A stretch of 64,000 bases of DNA, taken from NCBI GenBank assembly GCA_963781585.1, contig CAWAGQ010000008.1, positions 288,001-352,000 on the forward strand, read 5' to 3'. Made by a program: the position numbers and the translations under genes. The notes under the pieces are model-generated. The model ran no database searches. It was not told the DNA's origin and saw only the letters and a program-made list of their open reading frames with translations. This document shows, piece by piece, positions 1 to 10,051 of this stretch. Positions within the stretch are counted from its first letter, which is position 1. Each line of letters begins with the position of its first letter. Origin of the DNA: an uncultured Gemmatimonadaceae bacterium (GTDB lineage Bacteria; Gemmatimonadota; Gemmatimonadetes; Gemmatimonadales; Gemmatimonadaceae).

Positions 1-1484
1 ACAAGCTCCACGCTGTCCGCGATCGCCATCACGGAATCGAGATCCGGTGCGCCCTCATCGGCGTCGACGAACGCCGTTCGAACATTCGCTCCCTCTTGTC
101 GCAGTTCGGCGTTGAAGACCACACCGGCGCCCAGATCACTGCGCCGGGCGTACGTGACCGACAGGACTCGACGAGGCCGGACCCCTCCCACGAGAGGCAC
201 CAGACCCAGCGAGTCCTTCGCCAGGACCACTGCCCGCTCGGCTATACGGTTCGCCAGTGCAACGTGCCCCGAATCACCCACCACAGTCCGCACGCTGTCC
301 ACGTCCACCAGACGCTTTCGCGGCAGCCCGAGCTTGGCCTTTATCGTCAGCAGACGACGAGCCGACTCGTCGATCCGGTTCGCGGTGTAGCGCCCCTCCT
401 GCACGCCGGCTACAACCGCATCGATGGTGCCTCCGATATCGGAGGGCATCAGCAGCACATCAGCCCCCGCCGCAACCGCCCTTTTTGCGGCCTCGAAGGC
501 TCCGAATTGCGCAACAACGCCGGCCATGTCCATTGCATCCGTTACCAGCAGTCCCTGAAACCCGAGTTCTTTGCGCAACAAGTCCGTCATGACGCGCGGC
601 GAAAGCGTTGCCGGAACTCCGCTGGAATCCAGCGCCGGCAGATATCCGTGAAACGTCATGATTGCACCGACATGCGCGTCGATGGCAGCGCGGAAGGGAG
701 TGAGCTCCACACTGTCGAGTCGCGCCCGGCTGGCGTTTACCACCGCGAGCGCGAGATGCGAATTCGTCTCCGTGTCGCCGTGGCCTGGGAAGTGCTTTCC
801 CGTTGCGATAACGCCGTTGTCCTGCAACCCACGCACGTACGCGGAGCCGAGACGCGCCGTTACATGCGGATCTTCGGAGAAGGAGCGAGCCCCGATGACC
901 GGGTTTGCCGGATTGTTGTTGACGTCGAGATCGGGGCCGAAGGCAATGTGGATCCCGAGCGCCCGAGCTTCCTGCGCGGTGGCGCTGGCCTCCTCGTACA
1001 CCAAAGCGGTATCGCCCACTGCGCCCAGCGCCATCTGCAGGGGAAACGTCGTGGCCCCACCCAGGTCGATAGCGTTCGGCACGAAGAACCCGCCGCGAGC
1101 GCGGAATCCTGCGCCGGTCTCGAGGTCCGCGCCAACGAGCAGCGGCAGCGGACTCGCCCGCTGCAGGGCATTGAGTTTCACCGCAATGTCGAGGGGTGAT
1201 CCGACCGAGATGATCACGCCGCCGACATGTTCCACTTCCATCAGTTGCGCGATACGCCGCCATTCAGTCGTACCCTGGGCAACGTAGTCTCCGAGAACCC
1301 AAGGCCACACCAGCTGCGCCACGCGGTCGCGGAGCGACAGCGTGGCGAGCACCGAATCTGCCCACACCGAGGCTGGCTCTGCCCTCTGAACGGCGCGGGG
1401 CGACTCGACACCCGCACCCGTCGCGCCCGGCCTTCTGCAGCCAATCATTGTCAATGCCGCAACCGGCACCAGGGCCCAGCGCAT
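1..1484 (-). CDS. Glycoside hydrolase family 3 (beta-N-acetylhexosaminidase-like) lipoprotein, 3' end runs off window
   Basis: Not in the ORF track; translated by hand from ATG 1484 (GGAGG upstream): MRWALVPVAALTMIGC (lipobox-like), PLLVGADLETG, KHFPGHGDTETNSH, VTDAMDM. Confidence 0.9.
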   Translation of the reverse strand, partial: MRWALVPVAALTMIGCRRPGATGAGVESPRAVQRAEPASVWADSVLATLSLRDRVAQLVWPWVLGDYVAQGTTEWRRIAQLMEVEHVGGVIISVGSPLDIAVKLNALQRASPLPLLVGADLETGAGFRARGGFFVPNAIDLGGATTFPLQMALGAVGDTALVYEEASATAQEARALGIHIAFGPDLDVNNNPANPVIGARSFSEDPHVTARLGSAYVRGLQDNGVIATGKHFPGHGDTETNSHLALAVVNASRARLDSVELTPFRAAIDAHVGAIMTFHGYLPALDSSGVPATLSPRVMTDLLRKELGFQGLLVTDAMDMAGVVAQFGAFEAAKRAVAAGADVLLMPSDIGGTIDAVVAGVQEGRYTANRIDESARRLLTIKAKLGLPRKRLVDVDSVRTVVGDSGHVALANRIAERAVVLAKDSLGLVPLVGGVRPRRVLSVTYARRSDLGAGVVFNAELRQEGANVRTAFVDADEGAPDLDSVMAIADSVEL

Positions 1485-1532
1485 ATGCGAACCTCCGGTG
1501 CTCGAGGAACGGGCTTCAGTCATGCCCGGCAT

Positions 1533-1811
1533 TCACCAGCTGATGGTGCCCTTCTTGCTGGTGTCCACATCCTCCCCCGACCCACTCTTGAACAGGAAAG
1601 CCTGGAGGTTGCGTGTGAGAAAAGCCCGCGCTTGCGGATCCATGACATTGAGTCCGTAGTGATTGATCAGCATGGTCTGCTGACGCAACCAGTCTCCCCA
1701 ACATTGCTGACAGATCTCGGCCACGATGCGAACCCCTATCTGACCGGGGAAAGGCGGGCGCTCGAAGCCCGCGCGCGTTTGCCCACAATGCGAGCAAGTG
1801 ACTTCCGGCAT
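1533..1811 (-). CDS. Oxidative damage protection / Fe(II) trafficking protein, YggX family
   Basis: PPFPGQIGVRI, CQQCWGDWLRQQTMLINHYGL match the YggX pattern; 92 aa. Confidence 0.85.
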   Translation of the reverse strand: MPEVTCSHCGQTRAGFERPPFPGQIGVRIVAEICQQCWGDWLRQQTMLINHYGLNVMDPQARAFLTRNLQAFLFKSGSGEDVDTSKKGTISW

Positions 1812-1870
1812 GCCAGCCTCTGTTCGTCAGCGAGACAATCAGTCCTGCGACCCTGCGCAAACAGCCAGTG

Positions 1871-2647
1871 TCAGGTCACCGGCTGCTGACGCCTCCGGCT
1901 CGATCCGGCGTGAAGTATCTCCGCGAGGCCCAGGACAGACAGCGCCCGGAGATACACCCAGCCCACATCGAATTCGAACCATCGGGCTGCGAAGCGCGCT
2001 GACCGGGGGTCGGCGTGGTGGTTGTTGTGCAGCTCCTCACCGCCCAGCCAGATGGCAATCGGAGCTATGTTCCGGCTCTCGTCCTTGAGCTGGAAGTTGC
2101 GGTATCCCACGGCATGGCCCACTCCGTTGATCACGCCCGCAGCCCAAAAAGGAATCCAGATCATCTGAACGCCCCAGACGACGCCCCCGATCAGTATTCC
2201 GAACAGGTACACGTCGGCGGCCAACATCACGATCACCCCAAGCCAGTTGAGCCGGGTAAACACATTCCGTTCGAGCCAGTCGTTGGGCGTTCCGCGACCG
2301 TACTTCTCTAGAATCCCCGGCTGGCGCACCGTGCGTCGATAGTAGAAAGCGCCCTTCAACACGATGTTGCGCAGGCCTTCGAGCAGAGGGCTGTGCGGGT
2401 CGCCTTCACGATCCGCGAATGCATGGTGCTTTCGATGGCACGCGACCCACTCCTTGGTCACGATGGCCGTCGTAAGCCACAGCCAGACCCGCATCGGTAC
2501 GGCAGCTAGCCATCGGAACCTTACTGCACGATGCGTCTGGGAACGATGCAGAAAAAGTGTAACGCACACGTTCGTGAGGTGACCCGCGATGACGATGAAG
2601 ACTACTGGCTTCCACCACGAGGTCGACCAGCTGCCAAACTCTGGCAT
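1871..2647 (-). CDS. Membrane fatty acid (delta-9 acyl-lipid/acyl-CoA) desaturase
   Basis: Three His boxes HRSQTH, HRKHH, HNNHH plus GDPHSP; ATG 2647 preceded by GGAG. Confidence 0.92.
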   Translation of the reverse strand: MPEFGSWSTSWWKPVVFIVIAGHLTNVCVTLFLHRSQTHRAVRFRWLAAVPMRVWLWLTTAIVTKEWVACHRKHHAFADREGDPHSPLLEGLRNIVLKGAFYYRRTVRQPGILEKYGRGTPNDWLERNVFTRLNWLGVIVMLAADVYLFGILIGGVVWGVQMIWIPFWAAGVINGVGHAVGYRNFQLKDESRNIAPIAIWLGGEELHNNHHADPRSARFAARWFEFDVGWVYLRALSVLGLAEILHAGSSRRRQQPVT

Positions 2648-2821
2648 CCGTACTCCGCCGTCAGGGTCCGCTGCAATACTTCGTATCCCATTTCGCGCCT
2701 GGCAGAACGCGCCGCGGCCCGGACGGTGCAAGCCGTCCGGGCCGCAGGGTCATTAATCTACAGCCTACCCGTCTGACTGCCAACCTGGTGACCGCAACCC
2801 CGTGGACAGGAGGCCGGCTCA

Positions 2822-3082
2822 GCGCTGCTCCCAATCGGCGCATATGCGCCCCGGTGGTTCATGCGCGTGGTCCACATGACCCCCGAGGAGGCCGTGACGG
2901 CCTAGCAGGCGCTCACCAGTGCTCAGTCGACGCCGTGTGTTTCGCCCCCATTCACTGGGGTACGTTCAAGCTCGCCGACGATGCGCGAACCGCCGCAGCG
3001 GCTCCTTGCTGCCTGGGAAAGCGCACGGCTGTCGACGGAGTCGCTCTGGTTGCTCGCGCATGGCGAGACCCGGGCCGTCTAG
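2822..3082 (+). pseudogene. C-terminal remnant of MBL-fold hydrolase (RomA/NAPE-PLD-like)
   Basis: ALLPIGAYAPRWFMRVVHMTPEEAV, in-frame TAG at 2903-2905, frameshift to FAPIHWGTFKLAD (2941), second shift to ...LWLLAHGETRAV*; N-terminal part absent. Confidence 0.8.
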
Positions 3083-3162
3083 ACTCTGCTGGCGTTGAAC
3101 TCGGCAACGAGGCCGTCGCTCGACGGCTCGCAGATACGCCTGGGTGAAGGAGGCTCACGGAA

Positions 3163-4080
3163 TCACGCTTCTCCCATTCGGGCGCGCACGTCCCCTCGTG
3201 CCTCGCCGAATTGGCGCAACCACTTCTCACTTCGTGCGAACACCTCGTCCCTTCCATGGTCCACGGAGAGGACATGGCCACACCCCCTCAACCAGTGGAG
3301 TTCTTTGGTGGCGGCACCGAGGCGTTCGAATACGCTCTCCGCGTCCCGCTGCGAAATGCGATTGTCCTGCAGCGACTGAAGCATGAGGGTCGGCGCTCGT
3401 ACGGCCGGAGCCGCATCCCACGCCAAGTGCGTAATCTGTGACAATTCCCCCAGCAATCGTGGCGGTGTGAACCCGAACCCGAGCGAGTTGGCGCGCTCAA
3501 CCGGATCCCAGATCGATTCAGCACTCGCGGAGCGAACGTACGGCACGATCAACGACAGGAACCGGCTTCGCCGCGCGATGCGTGACACCTTGGGCATCAT
3601 AGTGAGATAGGGCGCCAGGAGCACGAGCGAGGGTAGCTCGGGCGCGCCCGCCGCAAGGAGCACGGCCAGCGCGCCGCCCATTGACTGGCCGACGACTGTC
3701 ACGACCGAGTGGGTCCGACGCAGTTCAGCATACGCCCATCGAGTCGCATTAATCCACGCCGCGGCGGTGCATGAAGCAAAGTCACGGAGAGACCGACCGT
3801 GCCCTGGAAGCAGAGGGGCGCGAACCGTCCAGCCGCGCTCATGAAGGAAGGAGCAAAGGCTCCGCACCGATTGCGGGGTGTCGCCAAACCCGTGGAGGAC
3901 GAGTACCGCGAACGGACCGCCCTCAAGCGTGATCGTCGCCGCCCCGTGTACAATTCCGTCCGCCGTCACGGGCAGCCGGGGCGCCACAAGTGCTTCCACC
4001 CGACGCGATGCGGCGGAGCGGAGCGCGACCACTGCGACGCCAACTCCTCCAGCTACCGCAACCGGCATCAGCAGGGACAT
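3163..4080 (-). CDS. Alpha/beta hydrolase (carboxylesterase/monoacylglycerol lipase-like) with N-terminal membrane anchor
   Basis: LHGFGD, PGHG, nucleophile elbow GQSMGG, C-terminal GHV. Confidence 0.88.
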   Translation of the reverse strand: MSLLMPVAVAGGVGVAVVALRSAASRRVEALVAPRLPVTADGIVHGAATITLEGGPFAVLVLHGFGDTPQSVRSLCSFLHERGWTVRAPLLPGHGRSLRDFASCTAAAWINATRWAYAELRRTHSVVTVVGQSMGGALAVLLAAGAPELPSLVLLAPYLTMMPKVSRIARRSRFLSLIVPYVRSASAESIWDPVERANSLGFGFTPPRLLGELSQITHLAWDAAPAVRAPTLMLQSLQDNRISQRDAESVFERLGAATKELHWLRGCGHVLSVDHGRDEVFARSEKWLRQFGEARGDVRARMGEA

Positions 4081-4238
4081 GGCCGGCCTACTCGCAACCT
4101 CGCTTCACTACACAACCTCCGGGCACCGCCGACGCTCCCGCAGAATCGTCTGACGAACTCGATCCGCGTTGCTCTGGACAGCCCAGCGGCCCGAAGCTTG
4201 CTTTACCGAACGGATAGCGGGCTCGACTGCACTATGGA

Positions 4239-6068
4239 ATGTCACCATCCTCCCCTGACGATCAACCGAGCAATTTCCTCTCCGTTGCCATTGTAGGGAA
4301 TGACGCACTAGTCGAAGCCCTCCCCGCACGACCAATCCAGTTCGCGCACGCCTGCCGCGCCATCGGGTTTGATGTGGTACTGCCGGGATCGTGGGGTGAT
4401 GAGCTTGTGGCTGTGGCAACACTCCGGGCTCTGGACGCGTGGGAAAACGCCCCCGTGGTATTCTGTGCGTGCCCGCATGTGCGGGACCGTCTGCTGTCGG
4501 GCGGTGCCGAGCTCGGTTCGCTGCTCATCGCTCCAGTTGCACCTCCCGTTGCAGCCGCACGATACGCGCGGGCGGCCTATTCAGGTCGCTCGCTCCACGT
4601 GACATATATCGGGGACTGTCCTGCCGCGAGCGCATCGGAATTCGACGCCCGGCACGAGACCAACGAGTTTCTGGCTCTATTGGGGTCGCGCGGCATTGAC
4701 CCGCTCGAACAACCGGCGGTGTTCGATGCCATCCTTCCGCCCGATCGCCGGCGGCACCTGTCCCTTCCGGGTGGGTGTCCATCGCCGGAGGCTCTCTGGC
4801 AGCGAGCGAACGAGCGCGTCTTGATCGGACTCGAAGGAGCGGACCTCATCCTGGATCTCGCTCAGCATCTCCTGACGCGGCAGCCCGTTCTCGTTGATCT
4901 CGCATCGGCTCTGGGCTGCGCCTGCAGCGGAGTAACTGGTACGACGCTTGGGCGGAGCGCGCGCGTCGCAGTCACGTCGCTCGAACCACCGGGATCCACC
5001 ACTCCAGTAATTGACCCCGACCTTCTGAAACCGTCCGAGCTTCTTGTTCAGGAGGACACGCCCTCTGTTGCTGACAGTCGATACCCTGTCTCAGATCGGG
5101 ATCCGACGGTGAGATCGAACTCCGAGGCTGGCGTTGGACAGACACCAGGTCAACAGGTCGGTGGCACCTGGATCCGATACAATCCGCCGCACCGCCCCAT
5201 CGCAATCACTCCGGTGGAGGCGCTGAATGCCGACGTGACAGAACCCGTTTCGCAGCGCACGCATGGAAGCGGGAGTCTTGCCGAGTCCACCGCACAGGGA
5301 GTGGGGCTCCACACAGACCTCGCTGTGACAGGGAGGGGCACCGCCCCCCCACTGGTATCGGACGCCCCGCGTCCGGCAGAGGAACGGGTCTTCTCCGCGC
5401 ACGTTGCGGCCCGCGACAGCGTTGTGCCATCAGCGCCGGGGCCGATCGAGTCGTCGCCGCCGGTCGACAAGCTCCTTGCGACGCCGTCGGGTGACCGAGG
5501 AGAACCCGCGGTGGTGCGATCGATCAGAGGGCGCGAAGGATCGATGCTACGGATCTCGACCACTGGTTTCCCGACAGTGCGCCCTGCTGATCCGTTCGTG
5601 AGTCGACTTCCCCGCGCCTATATGCGCCGCAGACCGGGGTCAGCCCAGCACCACGATGGACTTTCGCAGCCAGCACTTGAGACCGCACCACCGCGGGAAT
5701 CACCGGCTCTGGGCGGCGACGACCGTGAGATCTCCATGGCACCGGCAGTCGAGCCTTCTGCAACGGCCGTCTCGCCTCCCCCAAGGGAACCCGCTTCGTA
5801 CGGAGACCCTGAGGAAGCAAGGATCAACGGGACCGGGCACGCCACGGAGCGCCCAACGAGAGATAGGACACTGCACATGCGTGCCACGGGCCAAGTTGTC
5901 GACCCGCTTGGTGGGGCGCAGGCGCGCCTCCGGGCACGACTATCTGCGCGAGCGTCGAGGGAACCTGTGCGTGCCGGGCGTCGTGCGGTCTGGAAGACTC
6001 TCGTGATTGTCGCCGGCGCGTTGCTGCTGATACTGCTCGTCGGGACCTTGTGGGAGTTCCTCGGCTGA
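4239..6068 (+). CDS. Hypothetical protein: Cys-containing N-terminal domain resembling [FeFe]-hydrogenase large-subunit C-terminal fold, Pro-rich linker, C-terminal TM helix
   Basis: 609 aa ORF; PVVFCACP, VTYIGDCP, LPGGCP, GCACSG; terminal hydrophobic helix LVIVAGALLLILLVGTLW. Confidence 0.6.
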   Translation: MSPSSPDDQPSNFLSVAIVGNDALVEALPARPIQFAHACRAIGFDVVLPGSWGDELVAVATLRALDAWENAPVVFCACPHVRDRLLSGGAELGSLLIAPVAPPVAAARYARAAYSGRSLHVTYIGDCPAASASEFDARHETNEFLALLGSRGIDPLEQPAVFDAILPPDRRRHLSLPGGCPSPEALWQRANERVLIGLEGADLILDLAQHLLTRQPVLVDLASALGCACSGVTGTTLGRSARVAVTSLEPPGSTTPVIDPDLLKPSELLVQEDTPSVADSRYPVSDRDPTVRSNSEAGVGQTPGQQVGGTWIRYNPPHRPIAITPVEALNADVTEPVSQRTHGSGSLAESTAQGVGLHTDLAVTGRGTAPPLVSDAPRPAEERVFSAHVAARDSVVPSAPGPIESSPPVDKLLATPSGDRGEPAVVRSIRGREGSMLRISTTGFPTVRPADPFVSRLPRAYMRRRPGSAQHHDGLSQPALETAPPRESPALGGDDREISMAPAVEPSATAVSPPPREPASYGDPEEARINGTGHATERPTRDRTLHMRATGQVVDPLGGAQARLRARLSARASREPVRAGRRAVWKTLVIVAGALLLILLVGTLWEFLG

Positions 6069-6189
6069 CGATCGATCAGTTGCCGTGCCAGGTTCGGTTG
6101 GGGCGTTGAGTCGAACCAGTTCGAACATCCCCGTGTCGCCGATGCACGGGGCGCGACGCGGCATGATCGCCAGCGTTCGGCTCATGGCG

Positions 6190-6855
6190 TCAGAGCCATG
6201 TCGAAATATCGTCCAGCGCCTTCCGTGAGATGTCTGGGACCATCGCGCCAGCAGCAGGATAGCCCACGGCGAGAATCAGGTACGCCTTCTCGTTAGGTGG
6301 CCTTTCGAGCAGCTCGGCGAGAAAACCCATCGGATTGGGGGTATGGGTCAGAGACACCAATCCCATGTGATGCACCGCCGCAACGAAGAGTCCCACCGCG
6401 ATCCCGACCGACTCCTGCGTATAGTAGTATGCCCGCTTCGAGCCATCGGCGTTCAGGCCATAAGTCTGTCGGAAGACAACCACCAGCCACGGTGCATCAG
6501 TGAGGTGCGGCTTCTGCTCATCGGTCCCGAGCGGTTCCAGTGCAGCGAGCCAGTCCTCAGGCATTCGGCCGTGGTAGTTCTTGAACTCCTCGATCTCCGC
6601 CGCTTCGCGAATCTGCTGCTTGACGTCGGCGTCCGAGATGGCGACGAATGTCCATGGCTGCTGATGCGCACCACTCGGTGCGGTACCAGCGGTATGCATG
6701 GCATAGCCGATGGCGTCCTTCGGTACTGCGGTTGTAGCGAAGTGCCGCGTGGTCCGCCGCGCATTCATTTCCGCGTAGAACTCCTGCGCCCGCTGAAGTG
6801 TCTCGTTGAGCGGGCGCTTCGTGAATTCCAGCGGTTTGAACGGATATGCAGTCAT
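6190..6855 (-). CDS. Nitroreductase family, iodotyrosine deiodinase-like flavoprotein
   Basis: RRTTRHF, TAPSGAHQQPWTF, lid EEFKNY..KPHL, LTHTPNPM; ATG 6855. Confidence 0.88.
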   Translation of the reverse strand: MTAYPFKPLEFTKRPLNETLQRAQEFYAEMNARRTTRHFATTAVPKDAIGYAMHTAGTAPSGAHQQPWTFVAISDADVKQQIREAAEIEEFKNYHGRMPEDWLAALEPLGTDEQKPHLTDAPWLVVVFRQTYGLNADGSKRAYYYTQESVGIAVGLFVAAVHHMGLVSLTHTPNPMGFLAELLERPPNEKAYLILAVGYPAAGAMVPDISRKALDDISTWL

Positions 6856-6928
6856 GTTCCCCCGCCATCGCCGGTAGCCGAACTTACGGCACCGGGTGCG
6901 CAATGGGAACCACGGCGGTGCCTGCCCT

Positions 6929-8119
6929 TTAACCTAACGCGGCTGCGAACCGACCAAGGCCCTCCGCGAGGTCACCCCTGGTCGCGACAAGCGGCGGCAG
7001 CAGGCGGATCGTATGGTTGCCGGCCGAAACCAGCAGGAGGCCCTCGTCACGCGCGCGCGCGATAATATCGGCGGCCGGCTCGTTCACGTCCACGCCCCAG
7101 ATGTATCCGATGCCGCGAACAGCGCGAATCCGTCCCGAGCGATCGGAGAGGGCGCGGAGTTCGCTGCCAAGCCACTCTCCGCTGGCCCGCACCCGAGCCA
7201 GGAATGCGGGATCTGCGATCCGGCCGATGACGTGCAGCGCGATGCTCGAGACAAACGGCCCACCGCCAAATGTCGTCCCGTGATCGCCCGGCTGCATGGC
7301 AGCTGCGATCTCGTCAGTCATGAGGATCGCGCCCATTGGCAGGCCACCGGCGATCGGCTTCGCCAGTGTCAGCACGTCCGGTTCCACGTTAGGGCCCTGA
7401 TACGCGAACAGCGTTCCCGTACGTCCCAGACCACACTGAATCTCGTCAAAAATGAGCGCGACCTGACGCGCGCGCGTCAACGCTCGGAGTTCACGGAGGA
7501 ATCCTCGGTCGATCACCCGCACACCACCCTCTCCTTGCACCGGTTCCACAACAAGACCCGCAGTATTCTCACTGTCGACAATGGACTCAATTTCCTCCAG
7601 GTCCCGTTCGGCGACTGAAATCCCGCCCGCGAGTGGCCGGAACGGTGCGCGATACGCTGGCCGATCCGTCGCCGCAAGCGTGGCGAACAATCGCCCATGG
7701 AATGCACCGCGCAGCGCTATGATCTCATGCTTGGCGGCACCTCCTCCTTGAGTGCGGGCCCATTTGCGGACGAACTTGAAAGCCCCCTCGTTCGCCTCAG
7801 CACCTGAGTTGCAGAAGAACACCTTTGAGGCGAACGACAACTCGACCAGGCGCTCGGCCAGCCGTTCACCTGGCGCCGTGCGAAAGAGATTGGACACGTG
7901 GACCAGGTTGTCTGCAGCCGTATGCAATGCCTCCTGGAGACCATGATCAGAGTAGCCAAGCGCATTGACAGCAATGCCGCTCGTGAAGTCGATATACGAC
8001 TTCCCGTCTGCGTCGTACAGCGTCACCCCCTCCCCGCCGACGATCTCCATGGGTGGACGCTTGTAGATGGGGAGCAGGGCGTCGGACGCCGGCGGTGCCG
8101 AAGTGGACTGGGATGTCAT
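6929..8119 (-). CDS. argD: Acetylornithine aminotransferase
   Basis: Class III PLP motifs FCNSGAEANE, FHGR, DEIQCGLGRTG, TLAK, HGTTFGG; arg context. Confidence 0.93.
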   Translation of the reverse strand: MTSQSTSAPPASDALLPIYKRPPMEIVGGEGVTLYDADGKSYIDFTSGIAVNALGYSDHGLQEALHTAADNLVHVSNLFRTAPGERLAERLVELSFASKVFFCNSGAEANEGAFKFVRKWARTQGGGAAKHEIIALRGAFHGRLFATLAATDRPAYRAPFRPLAGGISVAERDLEEIESIVDSENTAGLVVEPVQGEGGVRVIDRGFLRELRALTRARQVALIFDEIQCGLGRTGTLFAYQGPNVEPDVLTLAKPIAGGLPMGAILMTDEIAAAMQPGDHGTTFGGGPFVSSIALHVIGRIADPAFLARVRASGEWLGSELRALSDRSGRIRAVRGIGYIWGVDVNEPAADIIARARDEGLLLVSAGNHTIRLLPPLVATRGDLAEGLGRFAAALG

Positions 8120-8122
8120 GGT

Positions 8123-8884
8123 TCAAACTGTCGATGGTGAATGCGTGACGACGGTGCCACGCGACCGGTCCTGCAGCGATAACACGTCTCCTATGCGAAC
8201 ACAGGGCACCCCACCGGCCATCGCGCGCCGCGCGGCCTGCAGTTTGGCGGCCATGCCGCCACGCGCCACACCGCCATCGAGCAATAATTCGATATCATCC
8301 GCGTCCACGCTCGTTAGCGGTATCCCAGCGGTATCGAGTACGCCAGCCACGTCCACCACGAGATGCAGCTCGTCTGCGGAAACTGACTCGGCAATCGCGG
8401 CTGCTGCATCGTCTCCGTTGATGTTCAATCCGCCACCGCCGACAACATCGCGCCCAACGGGTGAAATCACTGGAACGAATCCCTCACCAAGGAGGGTGTC
8501 CAGCAGGCGGCGATCAGCAAGCGCCGGACGGCCGACCGCTCCCAGCCGTCCCTCGTCGTAGAGCATCGCTGGCAGCAATCCACCGTCCTCTCCCGAGACC
8601 CCAACGGCGGGCACTCCTGCATTCAGCAGCTGGCTCACCAGCCGCTTGTTGACCATCCCGGACAGAACCATTCGCACAACGTCCATGTCTTCGGGACTCG
8701 TGTAGCGCCGTCCGCCGACGAAATGTGCCTCTCGACCGAGCCGTCGCTGGATATCAGTAAGCTCCTCCCCACCGCCATGAACCACACACAGGCGCCACCG
8801 AGGGTCCATGGTCAGGGATGCCAGAACACCGGCAAGAGCAGGATCCGCCTGGACTCGTCCACCAATCTTCACAACACGTATCAC
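8123..8884 (-). CDS. argB: Acetylglutamate kinase
   Basis: VVKIGG, VVHGGG, NINGDDAA, GGMAAK; GTG overlaps argC stop. Confidence 0.93.
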   Translation of the reverse strand: MIRVVKIGGRVQADPALAGVLASLTMDPRWRLCVVHGGGEELTDIQRRLGREAHFVGGRRYTSPEDMDVVRMVLSGMVNKRLVSQLLNAGVPAVGVSGEDGGLLPAMLYDEGRLGAVGRPALADRRLLDTLLGEGFVPVISPVGRDVVGGGGLNINGDDAAAAIAESVSADELHLVVDVAGVLDTAGIPLTSVDADDIELLLDGGVARGGMAAKLQAARRAMAGGVPCVRIGDVLSLQDRSRGTVVTHSPSTV

Positions 8885-9840
8885 TGGGGTAGTCCTAGAG
8901 TCTCGGTCAGGCCGAGCGCCAGATTGGCATTCTGGAGTGCTTGGCCCGCCGCTCCCTTCATGAGATTGTCAATCGCCGTCAATACCAGAAGAGCAGGCTG
9001 CCTCAGGCCCTGGATGGTGCGAACACTGATCCGAGCTACGTTTCGGCGTACCACGTCACGGAGCGATGGCAGGTCAGACGTCACTTCCACAAAAGGCTCG
9101 CCGGCATAGTGGTCCCGCCAGATCTGCAACGGATTGGCCAGCACATCGCTCATCGGTACGGTCATGCTCGCAAGAATGCCCCGAGCCACGGGCAACAGGT
9201 GCGGCGTGAATACGAGGTCGACATCGGCTCCCAGCGACGAGAGGACCGCACGCATCTCCCGCACATGCCCATGCTCATTGCCAACGGCGTATGCACGGAA
9301 ATTCTCCGCGACCTCACCAAACATCAGATCGGCACGCAGTGCGTTCCCAGCCCCGGTAACTCCGCTTGCGGCATGCACAACGATCAGGCCACCGGAACGA
9401 GTCAGCCCGCGTAGCAGCAGAGGCGCCAAGCCCAGCAGTACCGCTGTCGGGTAGCACCCTGGGTTGGCCACGACTGTCGCTCCTCGCAGGGTCTCACGGG
9501 TCAGCTCCGTCAACCCGTAGGGCACAGACTCGCTGGTATGGCCGGGGCGCAGGTCGGACGAAAGATCGATTGCGCGAACCCCCGCTCCTCGAACCCGGTG
9601 CACCCACTCCCCCGAGGCACCGTGCGGAAGAGCGCTGAACACCAGCTCCGTCTGTTGGAACGGCGCGTCGTCGGACGCAACCATCACAATCGAGCGTCCG
9701 TCAACAAGGATTTGCTCGCCGCGTCGCTCGTTCGCGGCTGCAAAGCCGAGCTTTAGCCGAGGGTGAGCGCCAATCAGAGCGCAGAGCTCTCGCCCTGCGT
9801 AGCCACTTGCGCCGAGGACGCCGACGGGAATTCTATGCAC
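8881..9840 (-). CDS. argC: N-acetyl-gamma-glutamyl-phosphate reductase
   Basis: GASGYAG, ANPGCYPT, SGVTGAG, DNLMKGAAGQA; GTG 9840 preferred over ATG 9861 (start uncertain). Confidence 0.95.
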   Translation of the reverse strand: MHRIPVGVLGASGYAGRELCALIGAHPRLKLGFAAANERRGEQILVDGRSIVMVASDDAPFQQTELVFSALPHGASGEWVHRVRGAGVRAIDLSSDLRPGHTSESVPYGLTELTRETLRGATVVANPGCYPTAVLLGLAPLLLRGLTRSGGLIVVHAASGVTGAGNALRADLMFGEVAENFRAYAVGNEHGHVREMRAVLSSLGADVDLVFTPHLLPVARGILASMTVPMSDVLANPLQIWRDHYAGEPFVEVTSDLPSLRDVVRRNVARISVRTIQGLRQPALLVLTAIDNLMKGAAGQALQNANLALGLTETLGLPQ

Positions 9841-9862
9841 ACAGAATGCATATTGTTGCATT
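9824..9862. promoter_or_regulatory. Tandem ARG boxes (ArgR operator) at argC start
   Basis: aatgcatattgttgcatt (9845-9862), 3-bp spacer, acgggaattctatgcaca (9824-9841); AT-rich 18-mers resembling TGMATwwwwATKCA. Confidence 0.75.
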
Positions 9863-10051
9863 CCCTCGCTGTCAACGGCGTCGTCACACCAGCTGCTTAC
9901 GGATTCCGGAGGAGTGCCGCGGGCATCCAGCGGGTGACATTCGGGCGATCACCACGAACTCGCCGAACGGGCATCAAGCCCTCCTCGAACCAGTAGGACG
10001 ACTTACGACCTCGCCTAGCGTCTGCTATCGTCGAGGCGGAAATCAGCCGAG

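Noticed and set aside
96..1263. ORFs 96-1199 (+) and 460-1263 (-)
   Set aside because: Antisense or off-frame shadows of the GH3 gene, whose true frame runs off the window.
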